A stretch of DNA of 27,698 bases from Ruthenibacterium lactatiformans. GTDB taxonomy: Bacteria > Bacillota > Clostridia > Lachnospirales > Lachnospiraceae. How positions within the stretch are numbered: position 1 is the first letter of the stretch; each line of letters starts with the position of its first letter. The position numbers and the translations under genes were made by a program. The stretch is from assembly GCA_963636455.1 (NCBI GenBank), contig CAVHKC010000001.1, positions 1 through 27,698 of the forward strand. The letters are read 5' to 3'. Below are positions 17,612-26,239 of this stretch, in pieces. The notes below the pieces were generated by a model. It searched no databases. It had not been told where the DNA came from and was given only the letters and a program-made list of their open reading frames with translations.

Positions 17612-18069
17612 AAAATCTCGTTCTCCTTTAACTTATTATAAAATTCAACAATCAAAACATTTTGCCGGTTAAACTGTCCTATCGGCTGCCATACAGCAGC
17701 CGCCTTCGTAATATTCAACTTTCAGCAATGGTTCTAAATACGTGTTTTTGATTTTTGTCTTTTGTTTTTCTCTTTTTATTATTTTCAGTGTAATGCTCTT
17801 AATTCTTTTATTTTAGTCTGACACTTATAATTTTAAGTATTAAAAAAATTAACTTAAGCCCATTATATCCTAAAACCTGAAAATTTGAATTTGAAATTTT
17901 CCTTCTGCATCTCTTTATATCTTCAATAAAATTTTCGCCTTAATTCCAATCTGCATCCATCGAATTCAATAAGTCTAAAATTAGCATTGCGAATTGTGAA
18001 AATGCGGAATGATTGCTTATCCAATTTTTCGTAAAATTTACTTCAAAAATTTTTTTTGTATACAAGTAA

Positions 18070-18292
18070 GTGCTGTGCATGGAACGCATATTACTGCACG
18101 ATAAACCGAAACTTCTTAATGAAGTGGATGTGCAGATGTCACTTCCGAGGACTGTCCGAGGGCAGCTGCATCACCAGGCATTTCAAAAGCAGCTGCCCGA
18201 GTTCCGCAGGAAGGGACTTTAAAATCTGCACATTCACTGAATTTAGAAGTTGTCGCCTCCGTGCAGGAATATGCGGCATTCATGCACAGCGC
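18070..18292 (+). ncRNA. Candidate rod-like structured RNA or degenerate inverted-repeat element, family unknown
   Basis: Nested complementary blocks: 18070-18081/18281-18292, 18085-18092/18268-18275, 18094-18100/18260-18266, 18110-18116/18245-18251, 18123-18137/18224-18238, 18142-18146/18209-18213 and 18160-18169/18189-18198, closing a 19-nt loop. Confidence 0.55.
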
Positions 18293-18359
18293 CGAAGATG
18301 TTACAACATATACTTTCCCTGTTGCGCAGGAGCTGCGGCATTCATGCGCAGCGCCGAAG
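18261..18359. repeat. Imperfect direct repeat, two copies (18261-18297 and 18324-18359)
   Basis: GTGCAGGAATATGCGGCATTCATGCACAGCGCCGAAG versus GCGCAGGAGC-TGCGGCATTCATGCGCAGCGCCGAAG; 32 of 37 positions identical by manual alignment. Confidence 0.85.
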
Positions 18360-18361
18360 TT

Positions 18362-19819
18362 TTATTTCAAAAACTTCTCTCTTGCCTTTTCAATCAGCAC
18401 ATCCTTCTCATTTCCCTCAGGCTCATCAATAACTGCCTCCAGCAAAAACGAAAGCGCCTCGCCGATAATCACGCCCTTAGGAAGCCCGGCCTCAATCAAA
18501 TCCCCGCCGTTAACGGCAAGCATTGAAATCTTGTAGGCTTCTTTAGCATTTCTGATCTCACAAGCAATATCTGCAATATCTTCCAAGCCGCTTTCACTTC
18601 TTGCCTGCATGCAGCGGCAGTCGCCTGTCTGCACCTCGACTTCAAGAATGGCATGTTTGAACTCAATGACATAATCAAAAATATCATCGCCCATGTCGCG
18701 CATTGCCCGCTTTATATATCTCCTGTCGGGAATAATATTTGCATCCTTGTATTTTAAAATACCCGTAACCACGCGCTTGGTTTTATTGTCATAAGTAAGC
18801 TTTCTTAAAATACCCGCCGCATTTTCAGCCGGAACATTTTTAAAAAACGCCGCCAGCCTCAGATTTCGAATAATTCTATAGCTTTCATCATTCGTTTCTT
18901 CACTACTGTCACCCTGCAGACTTTTATTCCCTGTTATTTTTTTACATTCAGCTTCGTTTATTTTGCTTTTACAGTCCCTGCCGCTCTTTGTTTCCTTTTC
19001 CTCTTCATTCCTGTTTTTTCCTGAAAATACATTTAAAGGCATGCCCTGCAAACCCTCAAAGTCAAACCTTTCATACAGCTGCTCCGACTCCTTATCAAAG
19101 CAAAGCTCAGCCATATCCCTGTCCCTGATAATAAAAGGTGCAAGTCCGTATTCGGCATATTTATTAACAAAAGAAGGATTATCGCTCATAAGCGTCTTTT
19201 CAAGTTCAACCCGAATTCGTTCCATGCTCACAAGCCCCAAGGCTTTGGCGTGCCTGCTGATTGCTTCGCCCGTATTTATTTCGATTTTGAAAGAAAGCTT
19301 TGCGGCAAACCGCACCGCCCTCATGATTCTCAAGGCGTCCTCTCCGAAACGCCTGTCCGGATCACCCACACAGCGGATAATCCGATTCTGCAAATCCGAA
19401 AGCCCGCAGAACATATCCACGAAGCCCGACTCTTCATTATAGGCAAAGGCATTTATCGTAAAATCACGCCGTTTCAAATCCTCTTTGAGTGAAGGCGTAA
19501 ATTCAACACTGTCGGGGTGCCTTCCGTCGGAATATTTTCCGTCAAGCCTGTATGTCGTGACTTCATATCCGATTCCGTTCATGATTACGGTAACCGTGCC
19601 GTGCTCAAGCCCTGTGTCTGCAGTACGACTAAAAAGGCTCTTCACTTTTTCAGGAAGAGCCGATGTTGTAATATCCCAATCACTCGGAGTCCGGCCCATA
19701 ACGCAGTCTCTTACGCAGCCGCCGACAACATATGCTTCTTCGCCCGCTTCGCTTAAGGCCGCAAGTATTTTTCTTACCGGTTCCGGGATTTTGATTTTTA
19801 AATTTTTTGCTTCATGCAT
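18362..19819 (-). CDS. cca: CCA tRNA nucleotidyltransferase (class II)
   Basis: VGGCVRD, DWDITT, flexible loop YSDGRHP, RRDFTINA and EDALRIMRAVRF motifs; C-terminal LAVNGGDL. Confidence 0.9.
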   Translation of the reverse strand: MHEAKNLKIKIPEPVRKILAALSEAGEEAYVVGGCVRDCVMGRTPSDWDITTSALPEKVKSLFSRTADTGLEHGTVTVIMNGIGYEVTTYRLDGKYSDGRHPDSVEFTPSLKEDLKRRDFTINAFAYNEESGFVDMFCGLSDLQNRIIRCVGDPDRRFGEDALRIMRAVRFAAKLSFKIEINTGEAISRHAKALGLVSMERIRVELEKTLMSDNPSFVNKYAEYGLAPFIIRDRDMAELCFDKESEQLYERFDFEGLQGMPLNVFSGKNRNEEEKETKSGRDCKSKINEAECKKITGNKSLQGDSSEETNDESYRIIRNLRLAAFFKNVPAENAAGILRKLTYDNKTKRVVTGILKYKDANIIPDRRYIKRAMRDMGDDIFDYVIEFKHAILEVEVQTGDCRCMQARSESGLEDIADIACEIRNAKEAYKISMLAVNGGDLIEAGLPKGVIIGEALSFLLEAVIDEPEGNEKDVLIEKAREKFLK

Positions 19820-19822
19820 TTT

Positions 19823-21259
19823 TTAGTACGCTTTGCCCCAATAAACAAGCTTCTTGGCAGGCTTTCCGCAGCAAACGCAGGTGTCCGCAATATGCTCCTG
19901 CTCGAAAGGCATGCATCTTGATGTTGCGGTGGTGTCTTCTTTAATCTTGAGTTCGCACGCTTCGTCGCCGCACCACATTGCCTTCACAAAGCCCGGCTTG
20001 TTTTCGATAATATCCTTAAACTCGTCATAAGTTCTTGCTTCGTATGTGTGTAACTTAAGGTGCTCCTCGGCTTTATTATACATATCTGACTGCATTTTTT
20101 CCATTATATGCGGAATCTCTTCGGCAAGCTTAGAAATTTCCACAGTGACTTTTTCTCTTGTGTCACGCCTTACAACAATCGCATGGCCTGCCTCGATATC
20201 CTTGGGTCCGATCTCGATTCGAAGCGGAATACCCTTAATCTCCTGCTCCGAAAACTTCCATCCCGGAGTCTTGTCCGTTTCATCAATATCTGCTCTGATT
20301 CCGGTTTTTTTAAGGCTTTCCAAAATCTCGTTTGCTTTTTCCAAGACGCCTTCTTTATGCTGCGCAATCGGAATGACCATAACCTGCACAGGGGCAATCA
20401 TCGGCGGAAGCACAAGGCCCGAATCATCGCCGTGAACCATGATTACAGCGCCGATTACCCTCGTTGAAAATCCCCACGAGGTCTGGTGGACATAAGCAAG
20501 CTTGTTGTTTTTGTCCGTATATTGAATACCGAATGCCTTTGCAAAACCGTCGCCGAAATTGTGGCTTGTGCCGCTTTGAAGAGCCTTTCCGTCATGCATG
20601 AGTGCCTCGATTGTGTACGTTGCCTCAGCCCCTGCGAATTTTTCCTTGTCTGTTTTTTGTCCCTTCACAAGCGGAATCGCAAGATATTTTCTGCAGAATT
20701 CGGCATAAACATTCAGCATCTGAATTGTTCTTTCCTGAGCTTCCTCGGCCGTTGCGTGAGCTGTATGGCCCTCCTGCCACAAAAATTCCGAAGAACGAAG
20801 AAACGGCCTTGTCGTCTTTTCCCAGCGCACAACAGAGCACCATTGGTTGTAAACCTTGGGAAGATCTCTGTATGACTGAACGATATTTGAATAAAGTTCG
20901 CAAAAAAGTGTTTCGGATGTCGGCCTGACGCAAAGCCTCTCTTCAAGCTGTTCCTGACCGCCGTGTGTCACCCATGCGCATTCGGGCGCAAAGCCTTCCA
21001 CATGGTCCTTTTCCTTTTCAAGCAGGCTTTCGGGTATAAAAAGCGGCATATAAACATTTTGAGTGCCTGTTTCCCTGAACATCGCATCCAAATTTTTTTG
21101 GATGTTTTCCCAGATTGCATATCCGTTCGGCAAAATCATCATGCAGCCCTTTATGCTTGAATAGCGCATAAGTTCTGCCTTTTTTACAACATCCGTATAC
21201 CACTGAGCAAAATCCTCGCCCATGGGAGTAATTCCCTCAACCAACTTTTTTTCTGCCAT
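19823..21259 (-). CDS. proS: Proline--tRNA ligase, archaeal/eukaryotic-like type
   Basis: [33 protein letters not shown] motifs, a C-terminal Zn-binding domain ending GKAY, and no INS editing domain. Confidence 0.96.
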   Translation of the reverse strand: MAEKKLVEGITPMGEDFAQWYTDVVKKAELMRYSSIKGCMMILPNGYAIWENIQKNLDAMFRETGTQNVYMPLFIPESLLEKEKDHVEGFAPECAWVTHGGQEQLEERLCVRPTSETLFCELYSNIVQSYRDLPKVYNQWCSVVRWEKTTRPFLRSSEFLWQEGHTAHATAEEAQERTIQMLNVYAEFCRKYLAIPLVKGQKTDKEKFAGAEATYTIEALMHDGKALQSGTSHNFGDGFAKAFGIQYTDKNNKLAYVHQTSWGFSTRVIGAVIMVHGDDSGLVLPPMIAPVQVMVIPIAQHKEGVLEKANEILESLKKTGIRADIDETDKTPGWKFSEQEIKGIPLRIEIGPKDIEAGHAIVVRRDTREKVTVEISKLAEEIPHIMEKMQSDMYNKAEEHLKLHTYEARTYDEFKDIIENKPGFVKAMWCGDEACELKIKEDTTATSRCMPFEQEHIADTCVCCGKPAKKLVYWGKAY

Positions 21260-21349
21260 TTCTTTTCCTTCCGTTACAGCCAAATCATGAATGTTTCGGC
21301 ATTTTATCTTCTGTTTATGTAAGCCTAAGCCAACCTTAAATCGGACAGC

Positions 21350-22528
21350 TTACAGATATTTCTTAAGCACTTCTGCCTTGTCTGTTTTTTCCCATGCAAG
21401 ACCGCAGTCTTCTTTTCCGAAATGCCCGTAGTTTGTCGTTTTTTTGTATACAGGCTTTTTCAAATCCAGCATTTTTACGATTGCTGCCGGCTTCAAATCA
21501 AAGTTCTGCCTGATTATTTCTGTTATTTTTTCGTCTGCAAGCTTTCCCGTACCCTTTGTATCAACCATAATCGAGATGGGATTTGCAACTCCTATCGCAT
21601 ATGAAAGCTGAATTTCGCAAACATCTGCAATGCCTGCCGCAACAACATTTTTTGCGATATATCTTGCGGCATATGTTGCGCTTCTGTCCACCTTTGAAGG
21701 ATCTTTGCCCGAAAAAGCACCGCCGCCGTGGCGTGCATATCCGCCGTAGGTATCAACAATTATCTTTCTTCCGGTAAGACCTGAATCGCCGTTTGGACCG
21801 CCGACAATGAACTGCCCCGTGGGATTGATGAAATATTTTGTGTTTTCATCTGTCATATCCTTGGGGATAACCGAATCTATTATCTTTTCTCTTACATCTT
21901 TGCGAAGCTGTTCCTGAGTCACTTCGGGGCTGTGCTGAGTAGAAACCACAACAGCCTCGATTCTGGCGGGTTTTCCTGCTTCATCATATTCAACGGTAAC
22001 CTGCGATTTCCCGTCCGGGCGGAGGTATGAAAGCTCACCGCTCTTCCTGATATCCGTAAGCTTCTTTGTGAGCTTGTGTGCAAGGCTTATCGGAAGAGGC
22101 ACAAGTTCTGCGGTTTCGTTCGTTGCAAAACCAAACATCATTCCCTGGTCTCCCGCACCGTCCGTGTCTTCTTCCGAATCTCCGTTCTTTGACTCAAGAG
22201 CCTTGTCTACGCCCATTGCAATATCCGGCGACTGCTTGTCTATAAGAATCTCAATTCTGCAATTGTCTGCGTCAAAACCAATCGAACTGTCGGTGTATCC
22301 TATTTCGCGAATAACTTCTCTTGCGATTTTTTCGTAATCCACCTTTGCCGTTGTTGTTATTTCGCCCATAATAAGCATAAACTCGGTTATGGCGCAAACT
22401 TCGCATGCAACTCTTGCATCGGGATCCTGTTTTAAGATTTCGTCAAGTATCGCATCCGCTACGCTGTCGCAGATTTTGTCGGGATGTCCCTCTGTTACCG
22501 ATTCCGAAGTGAATAATCTCTTTTCCAT
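21350..22528 (-). CDS. metK: S-adenosylmethionine synthetase
   Basis: [19 protein letters not shown] and GGGAFSGKD motifs; ATG 22528 follows AAGGAG. Confidence 0.98.
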   Translation of the reverse strand: MEKRLFTSESVTEGHPDKICDSVADAILDEILKQDPDARVACEVCAITEFMLIMGEITTTAKVDYEKIAREVIREIGYTDSSIGFDADNCRIEILIDKQSPDIAMGVDKALESKNGDSEEDTDGAGDQGMMFGFATNETAELVPLPISLAHKLTKKLTDIRKSGELSYLRPDGKSQVTVEYDEAGKPARIEAVVVSTQHSPEVTQEQLRKDVREKIIDSVIPKDMTDENTKYFINPTGQFIVGGPNGDSGLTGRKIIVDTYGGYARHGGGAFSGKDPSKVDRSATYAARYIAKNVVAAGIADVCEIQLSYAIGVANPISIMVDTKGTGKLADEKITEIIRQNFDLKPAAIVKMLDLKKPVYKKTTNYGHFGKEDCGLAWEKTDKAEVLKKYL

Positions 22529-22589
22529 TGTACTGCTCCTTTTAAAAAAATTTAAGCCCGATTTCTCGGACTCGATATATATCAAATCC

Positions 22590-22684
22590 TCTTATTGATC
22601 GATTTCTCGCTCAGGTTGGCACCTTCCGTTCAAGGGGTTGCCGTGACTTCTCAGATCCATGTATCTCCGCCACTCTGAATAAGA
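22590..22684 (-). ncRNA. SAM-I (S-box) riboswitch
   Basis: Minus strand reads TCTTATT-CAGAG-TGGCGGAG...GAAGTCAC-GGCAACC...GGTGCCAA...AATAAGA (P1, kink-turn P2, P3 with the SAM pocket, short P4), directly upstream of metK. It is followed by a GTCCGA-GAAA-TCGGGC hairpin and a T-rich tract. Confidence 0.92.
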
Positions 22685-22720
22685 CGATTACCGTATTCTT
22701 TTTTATTTTCTTTCAGGCTT

Positions 22721-24010
22721 TCAATTTGCTTTTTTAAACTGTCCCCCATCATCGGGAACAACTTCTTTTCTTATGTCTGCTCCCAAATCCCTGAGCTTTC
22801 CGTCAAAATTCTCATATCCTCTTTGAATGAAATGAATATCACGAACCTGGGTTTCTCCGCTTGCCGCAAGCCCTGCCGTAACAAGCGCCGCTCCCGCTCT
22901 CAGATCTGGTGCCGAAATCTGCGCACCCTGAAGCTTTGCCGGGCCGTTTACAACAACAATGTTTCCTTCGACCTTGACCTTCGCACCCATGCGTGCAAGT
23001 TCCGATGTATATTTAAACCTGCTTTCGAAAATGTTTTCCGTTACAGTGCTGATTCCCCTTGCAAGGCTTAGTGCCACCGTCATCTGCGGCTGCATATCCG
23101 TGGGAAATCCCGGATATGGCATTGTCTTTACGGTTGTTGCCTTAAGTTCTTCGGGTGCCACAACACGGACAGCCTCGTCATATTCCAAAATATCACAGCC
23201 CATGTCCGCAAGCTTTGAAGAAACCGACTCCAAGTGCTTTGGAATAACGCTTGTCACCGTCACATCTCCGCCCGTTACCGCCGCCGCAAACATGAAAGTG
23301 CCTGCTTCAATCTGGTCCGGAATGCAGGTATATTCAGTACCATGAAGCCTGGAAACACCTTTGATTCTTATCACATCGGTTCCTGCGCCCCTTATGACCG
23401 CACCCATGGAGTTTAACATATTTGCCAGATCAACGACATGCGGTTCTTTTGCGGCATTTTCGATGATGGTGCTTCCTTCTGCCATGCAGGCCGCCATCAT
23501 GACATTAATGGTTGCCCCGACAGAAACTACATCGAAATAGATATGCTTTCCGCAAAGCTTATCAGCCTTTGCTTTCACCATTCCGTTTTCCAAGCGGACC
23601 TCGGCTCCCAATGCCTCGAACCCTTTTATGTGAAGGTCGATGGGCCTTGCACCTATGACGCAGCCACCCGGCATCGCAACTTCGGCCCGGTGATATTTTC
23701 CGAGCAGACTTCCGAGCAGATAATATGATGCTCTGATTTTTTTAACAAGCTCATATGTGACTTCTATGGAATTTACCGTCGCGCCTGTTATTCTGACCTT
23801 GTGTCTGCTGAGTCTTTCAACTGTTGCTCCTATTCTTGAAATTGCTTCAAGTAAGACATTGATGTCGCTGACATCCGGAAGGTTGTCAATAACAACTGGT
23901 TCTTCGCTCAATATGGCCGCCGCAATCAACGCAAGCGCCGCATTCTTCGCGCCGTATATTTCAACCTTTCCTCTTAAAGGCTTTCCGCCTTTTATAACAT
24001 ACTGCTCCAT
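22721..24010 (-). CDS. murA: UDP-N-acetylglucosamine 1-carboxyvinyltransferase (MurA; MurAB/MurZ-like)
   Basis: GAKNA, RASYY, PGGCVIGARPIDLH (active-site Cys present), YPGFPTDMQ and DLRAGA motifs. Confidence 0.96.
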   Translation of the reverse strand: MEQYVIKGGKPLRGKVEIYGAKNAALALIAAAILSEEPVVIDNLPDVSDINVLLEAISRIGATVERLSRHKVRITGATVNSIEVTYELVKKIRASYYLLGSLLGKYHRAEVAMPGGCVIGARPIDLHIKGFEALGAEVRLENGMVKAKADKLCGKHIYFDVVSVGATINVMMAACMAEGSTIIENAAKEPHVVDLANMLNSMGAVIRGAGTDVIRIKGVSRLHGTEYTCIPDQIEAGTFMFAAAVTGGDVTVTSVIPKHLESVSSKLADMGCDILEYDEAVRVVAPEELKATTVKTMPYPGFPTDMQPQMTVALSLARGISTVTENIFESRFKYTSELARMGAKVKVEGNIVVVNGPAKLQGAQISAPDLRAGAALVTAGLAASGETQVRDIHFIQRGYENFDGKLRDLGADIRKEVVPDDGGQFKKAN

Positions 24011-24111
24011 CAATACCTCTGTATAAGAGCTTTTTAAACTCTCAACCAAATAACACCTCCGGCTTGCTAAAAGGTTCATATTCAGCCGGCGGCTCTCAAA
24101 AATCAATGTGT

Positions 24112-24139
24112 ATTATAGCACATACTTCGGTTTTGTAAA
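24112..24139 (-). promoter_or_regulatory. Putative sigma-A promoter of murA
   Basis: TTTACA-N16-TATAAT with a TGn extended -10. Confidence 0.7.
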
Positions 24140-24199
24140 GCCAAAGGATTATGCCTGAAATCGGCTTTCTTCGGCAAATTGCCGAATGCTTAATCCTGT

Positions 24200-24643
24200 T
24201 TATTCTGCCTTTTCTTCAAGCTGCGATGTGCAGCAAGGGCACCTTGTCGCATCTATTGCAATCTCACTCTTGCAGTAAGGGCAAACCTTTGTTGTCGGAG
24301 CGGCTTCCTTTTCTTCCTGCCTTGTGAGCTTCTTTGCTGCTTCTGCCGCTTTGTTCAATGTCTTTACTATACAGAATACAACAAAAGCGATTATTAAGAA
24401 GTTGATGACTGCCGAAATGAACGAACCGTAGTTGATCGACAGATTCTCGTTTATGTGAATTGCAAGCTTTGAAAGATCAAACTTGAAAAGCAGTCCGATG
24501 ATGGGAGATAAAATATCATCCACAAGCGAGGTTACAATTGCCGTAAAAGCAGCGCCGACAATGATGCCGACTGCCATGTCCATGACATTGCCTCGTGATA
24601 TGAATTCTTTAAACTCTCCGAAAAATCCCTTTCCCTTTGCCAT
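24200..24643 (-). CDS. mscL: Large-conductance mechanosensitive channel with a C-terminal Cys4 motif
   Basis: [24 protein letters not shown] and [14 protein letters not shown]; tail CPYC...CPCC; AGGAGG RBS. Confidence 0.95.
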   Translation of the reverse strand: MAKGKGFFGEFKEFISRGNVMDMAVGIIVGAAFTAIVTSLVDDILSPIIGLLFKFDLSKLAIHINENLSINYGSFISAVINFLIIAFVVFCIVKTLNKAAEAAKKLTRQEEKEAAPTTKVCPYCKSEIAIDATRCPCCTSQLEEKAE

Positions 24644-24814
24644 ATAACTACCTCCTGTAATTTTTATCTGTTATTTTTTTAGTTTATCCAAGACTTTTTT
24701 TTGCCCTGTTTTTTCATATGTCATTTGACACAATCAATCTTAAATTATTATTTTTTGTATGCTTAATTTTACAACAGGCAAACGCCAAAATTAATTTACA
24801 TCACACATATTACA

Positions 24815-26236
24815 TCACAGATTATCATCTGTCGATTTTTTTAGAAAAATTCCCTTGAAAACCCCTTTTTCGTTTCTGAATTCGGGTTTTCTAAATTCAA
24901 TTACAACCATTATGACAGCTGTTGCGATTGCAAGAAAATCCGCTGCCGGCTGCGCATATATTATGCCCTCGATTCCCATAAATCTGGGGAAGACAAGCAT
25001 GAGCGGCAAAAGATAAATTATCTGCCTTGTAAGTGAAAGGAACATTCCTTTCCACGGTTTTCCGATTGCCGTGAACATATTTGCCGAAAGCATCTGTATG
25101 AAAAACAAACATGCAAAGAACAAATATTTGCGAAAAAACATTCTTCCCAAAATGAAATATTCTTCCGAGCCTTCGCCGAAAAGCCCAAGGATGAAATCCG
25201 GAAAAAGCTGGTAGAGTGCAAAACTTAATATTGATATTATAAATGCGACAATAAGCGAATAATAATATGCTTCCTTCACTCTTCTGTATTTTTTCGCACC
25301 GTAGTTGAAGCTTAAAATCGGCTGATTTCCCTGTGAAAGTCCGATCACAATTCCGCTGAAAATTGTCCCGACCTTGAGGATGATTCCGGAAATCGCAATG
25401 GGAATTTCTTCTCCGAAAATGCTTTGTCCTCCGTAAATTCTCAAGGAATTGTTCAGGACAATCTGAACAATCATAAGAGAAATCTGATTTGCAAATGGCG
25501 CAAGTCCGTATGCCGCACACTTTGCGGCATATTGAGGACGGGGAATATAATGTTTTGCCGACATTTCCACCGTCTTTGGCTTCAAAAGGCAGATAAACTG
25601 TATCAAAGCAGCCACAAACTGTCCAATGATGGTTGCCCATGCAGCACCTGCAATTCCCCAGCCAAGCCCCAGCATAAACAATGCATCAAGACCGATGTTG
25701 ATTAAGGTTCCCACAACATTTGTGACCATAATCAAGTTCGGACGGCCGTCAGCTCTCAAAAGGTGCCCTGCTCCGACCGAAAATATGTAGAACGGAAATC
25801 CGATTGCCGTGATTCCAAGGTAATCCCTTGCATAAGGCATAACAGTTTCCGGAGATCCGCACAGACGCAATATCGGATCAAGCCAAATCTCGGTTACAGC
25901 AAGAAGTATAACCCCGACAACCAAAAGAAGCGTCAGCGAATTCCTGAAAAAGTATGGCGCTTCGTCTTTCCTTCCCGCACCAAGACGCAGGTTGAAGCCC
26001 GCCGCCCCGCCTATGCCAAGCATAAGGCCAAGTGCCAGGCACATATTTGTCAAAGGAAACGCCACATTCGTTGCCGCATTCCCGAGTTCCCCGATGATAT
26101 TTCCGATAAAGAGCTGGTCAACGATATTGTAGCATCCGCTCACAACCATCGCTATGATGCTGGGAACCGCAAATTTGCGCAGAAGCGTGCTTATTTTTTC
26201 ATTTCCAAGCGGATTGTTTGTTGTTGCGTCATACAT
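24815..26236 (-). CDS. MATE family efflux transporter (MepA-like)
   Basis: LGNEKISTLLRKFAVP, YNIVDQLFIG, GIAGAAWATIIGQ and QPILSFNYGA motifs; about 12 hydrophobic segments. Confidence 0.92.
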   Translation of the reverse strand: MYDATTNNPLGNEKISTLLRKFAVPSIIAMVVSGCYNIVDQLFIGNIIGELGNAATNVAFPLTNMCLALGLMLGIGGAAGFNLRLGAGRKDEAPYFFRNSLTLLLVVGVILLAVTEIWLDPILRLCGSPETVMPYARDYLGITAIGFPFYIFSVGAGHLLRADGRPNLIMVTNVVGTLINIGLDALFMLGLGWGIAGAAWATIIGQFVAALIQFICLLKPKTVEMSAKHYIPRPQYAAKCAAYGLAPFANQISLMIVQIVLNNSLRIYGGQSIFGEEIPIAISGIILKVGTIFSGIVIGLSQGNQPILSFNYGAKKYRRVKEAYYYSLIVAFIISILSFALYQLFPDFILGLFGEGSEEYFILGRMFFRKYLFFACLFFIQMLSANMFTAIGKPWKGMFLSLTRQIIYLLPLMLVFPRFMGIEGIIYAQPAADFLAIATAVIMVVIEFRKPEFRNEKGVFKGIFLKKSTDDNL

Positions 26237-26239
26237 AAT

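Noticed and set aside
18261..18359. Repeat-spacer-repeat as a mini CRISPR array
   Set aside because: Only two diverged copies with an indel, no cas genes in the window, and copy 1 is part of the larger hairpin.
18056..18536. + strand ORFs of 156, 60 and 91 aa over the hairpin
   Set aside because: No RBS, no recognisable motifs, and antisense overlap with cca. They are better explained as by-products of the GC-rich hairpin, although a small peptide is not strictly excluded.
21260..21349. T-box leader for proS
   Set aside because: The gap is only 90 nt and has no T-box motif.
5450..24106. Extended N-termini in the ORF track for hppA, hydA, aldolase, rpsT, AIM24, lipase, proS, metK and murA
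   Set aside because: Downstream starts match the family N-termini and in most cases have better RBSs.
24897..25640. 247-aa alternative-frame ORF inside the MATE gene
   Set aside because: Fully nested in a well-supported gene and has no motifs.
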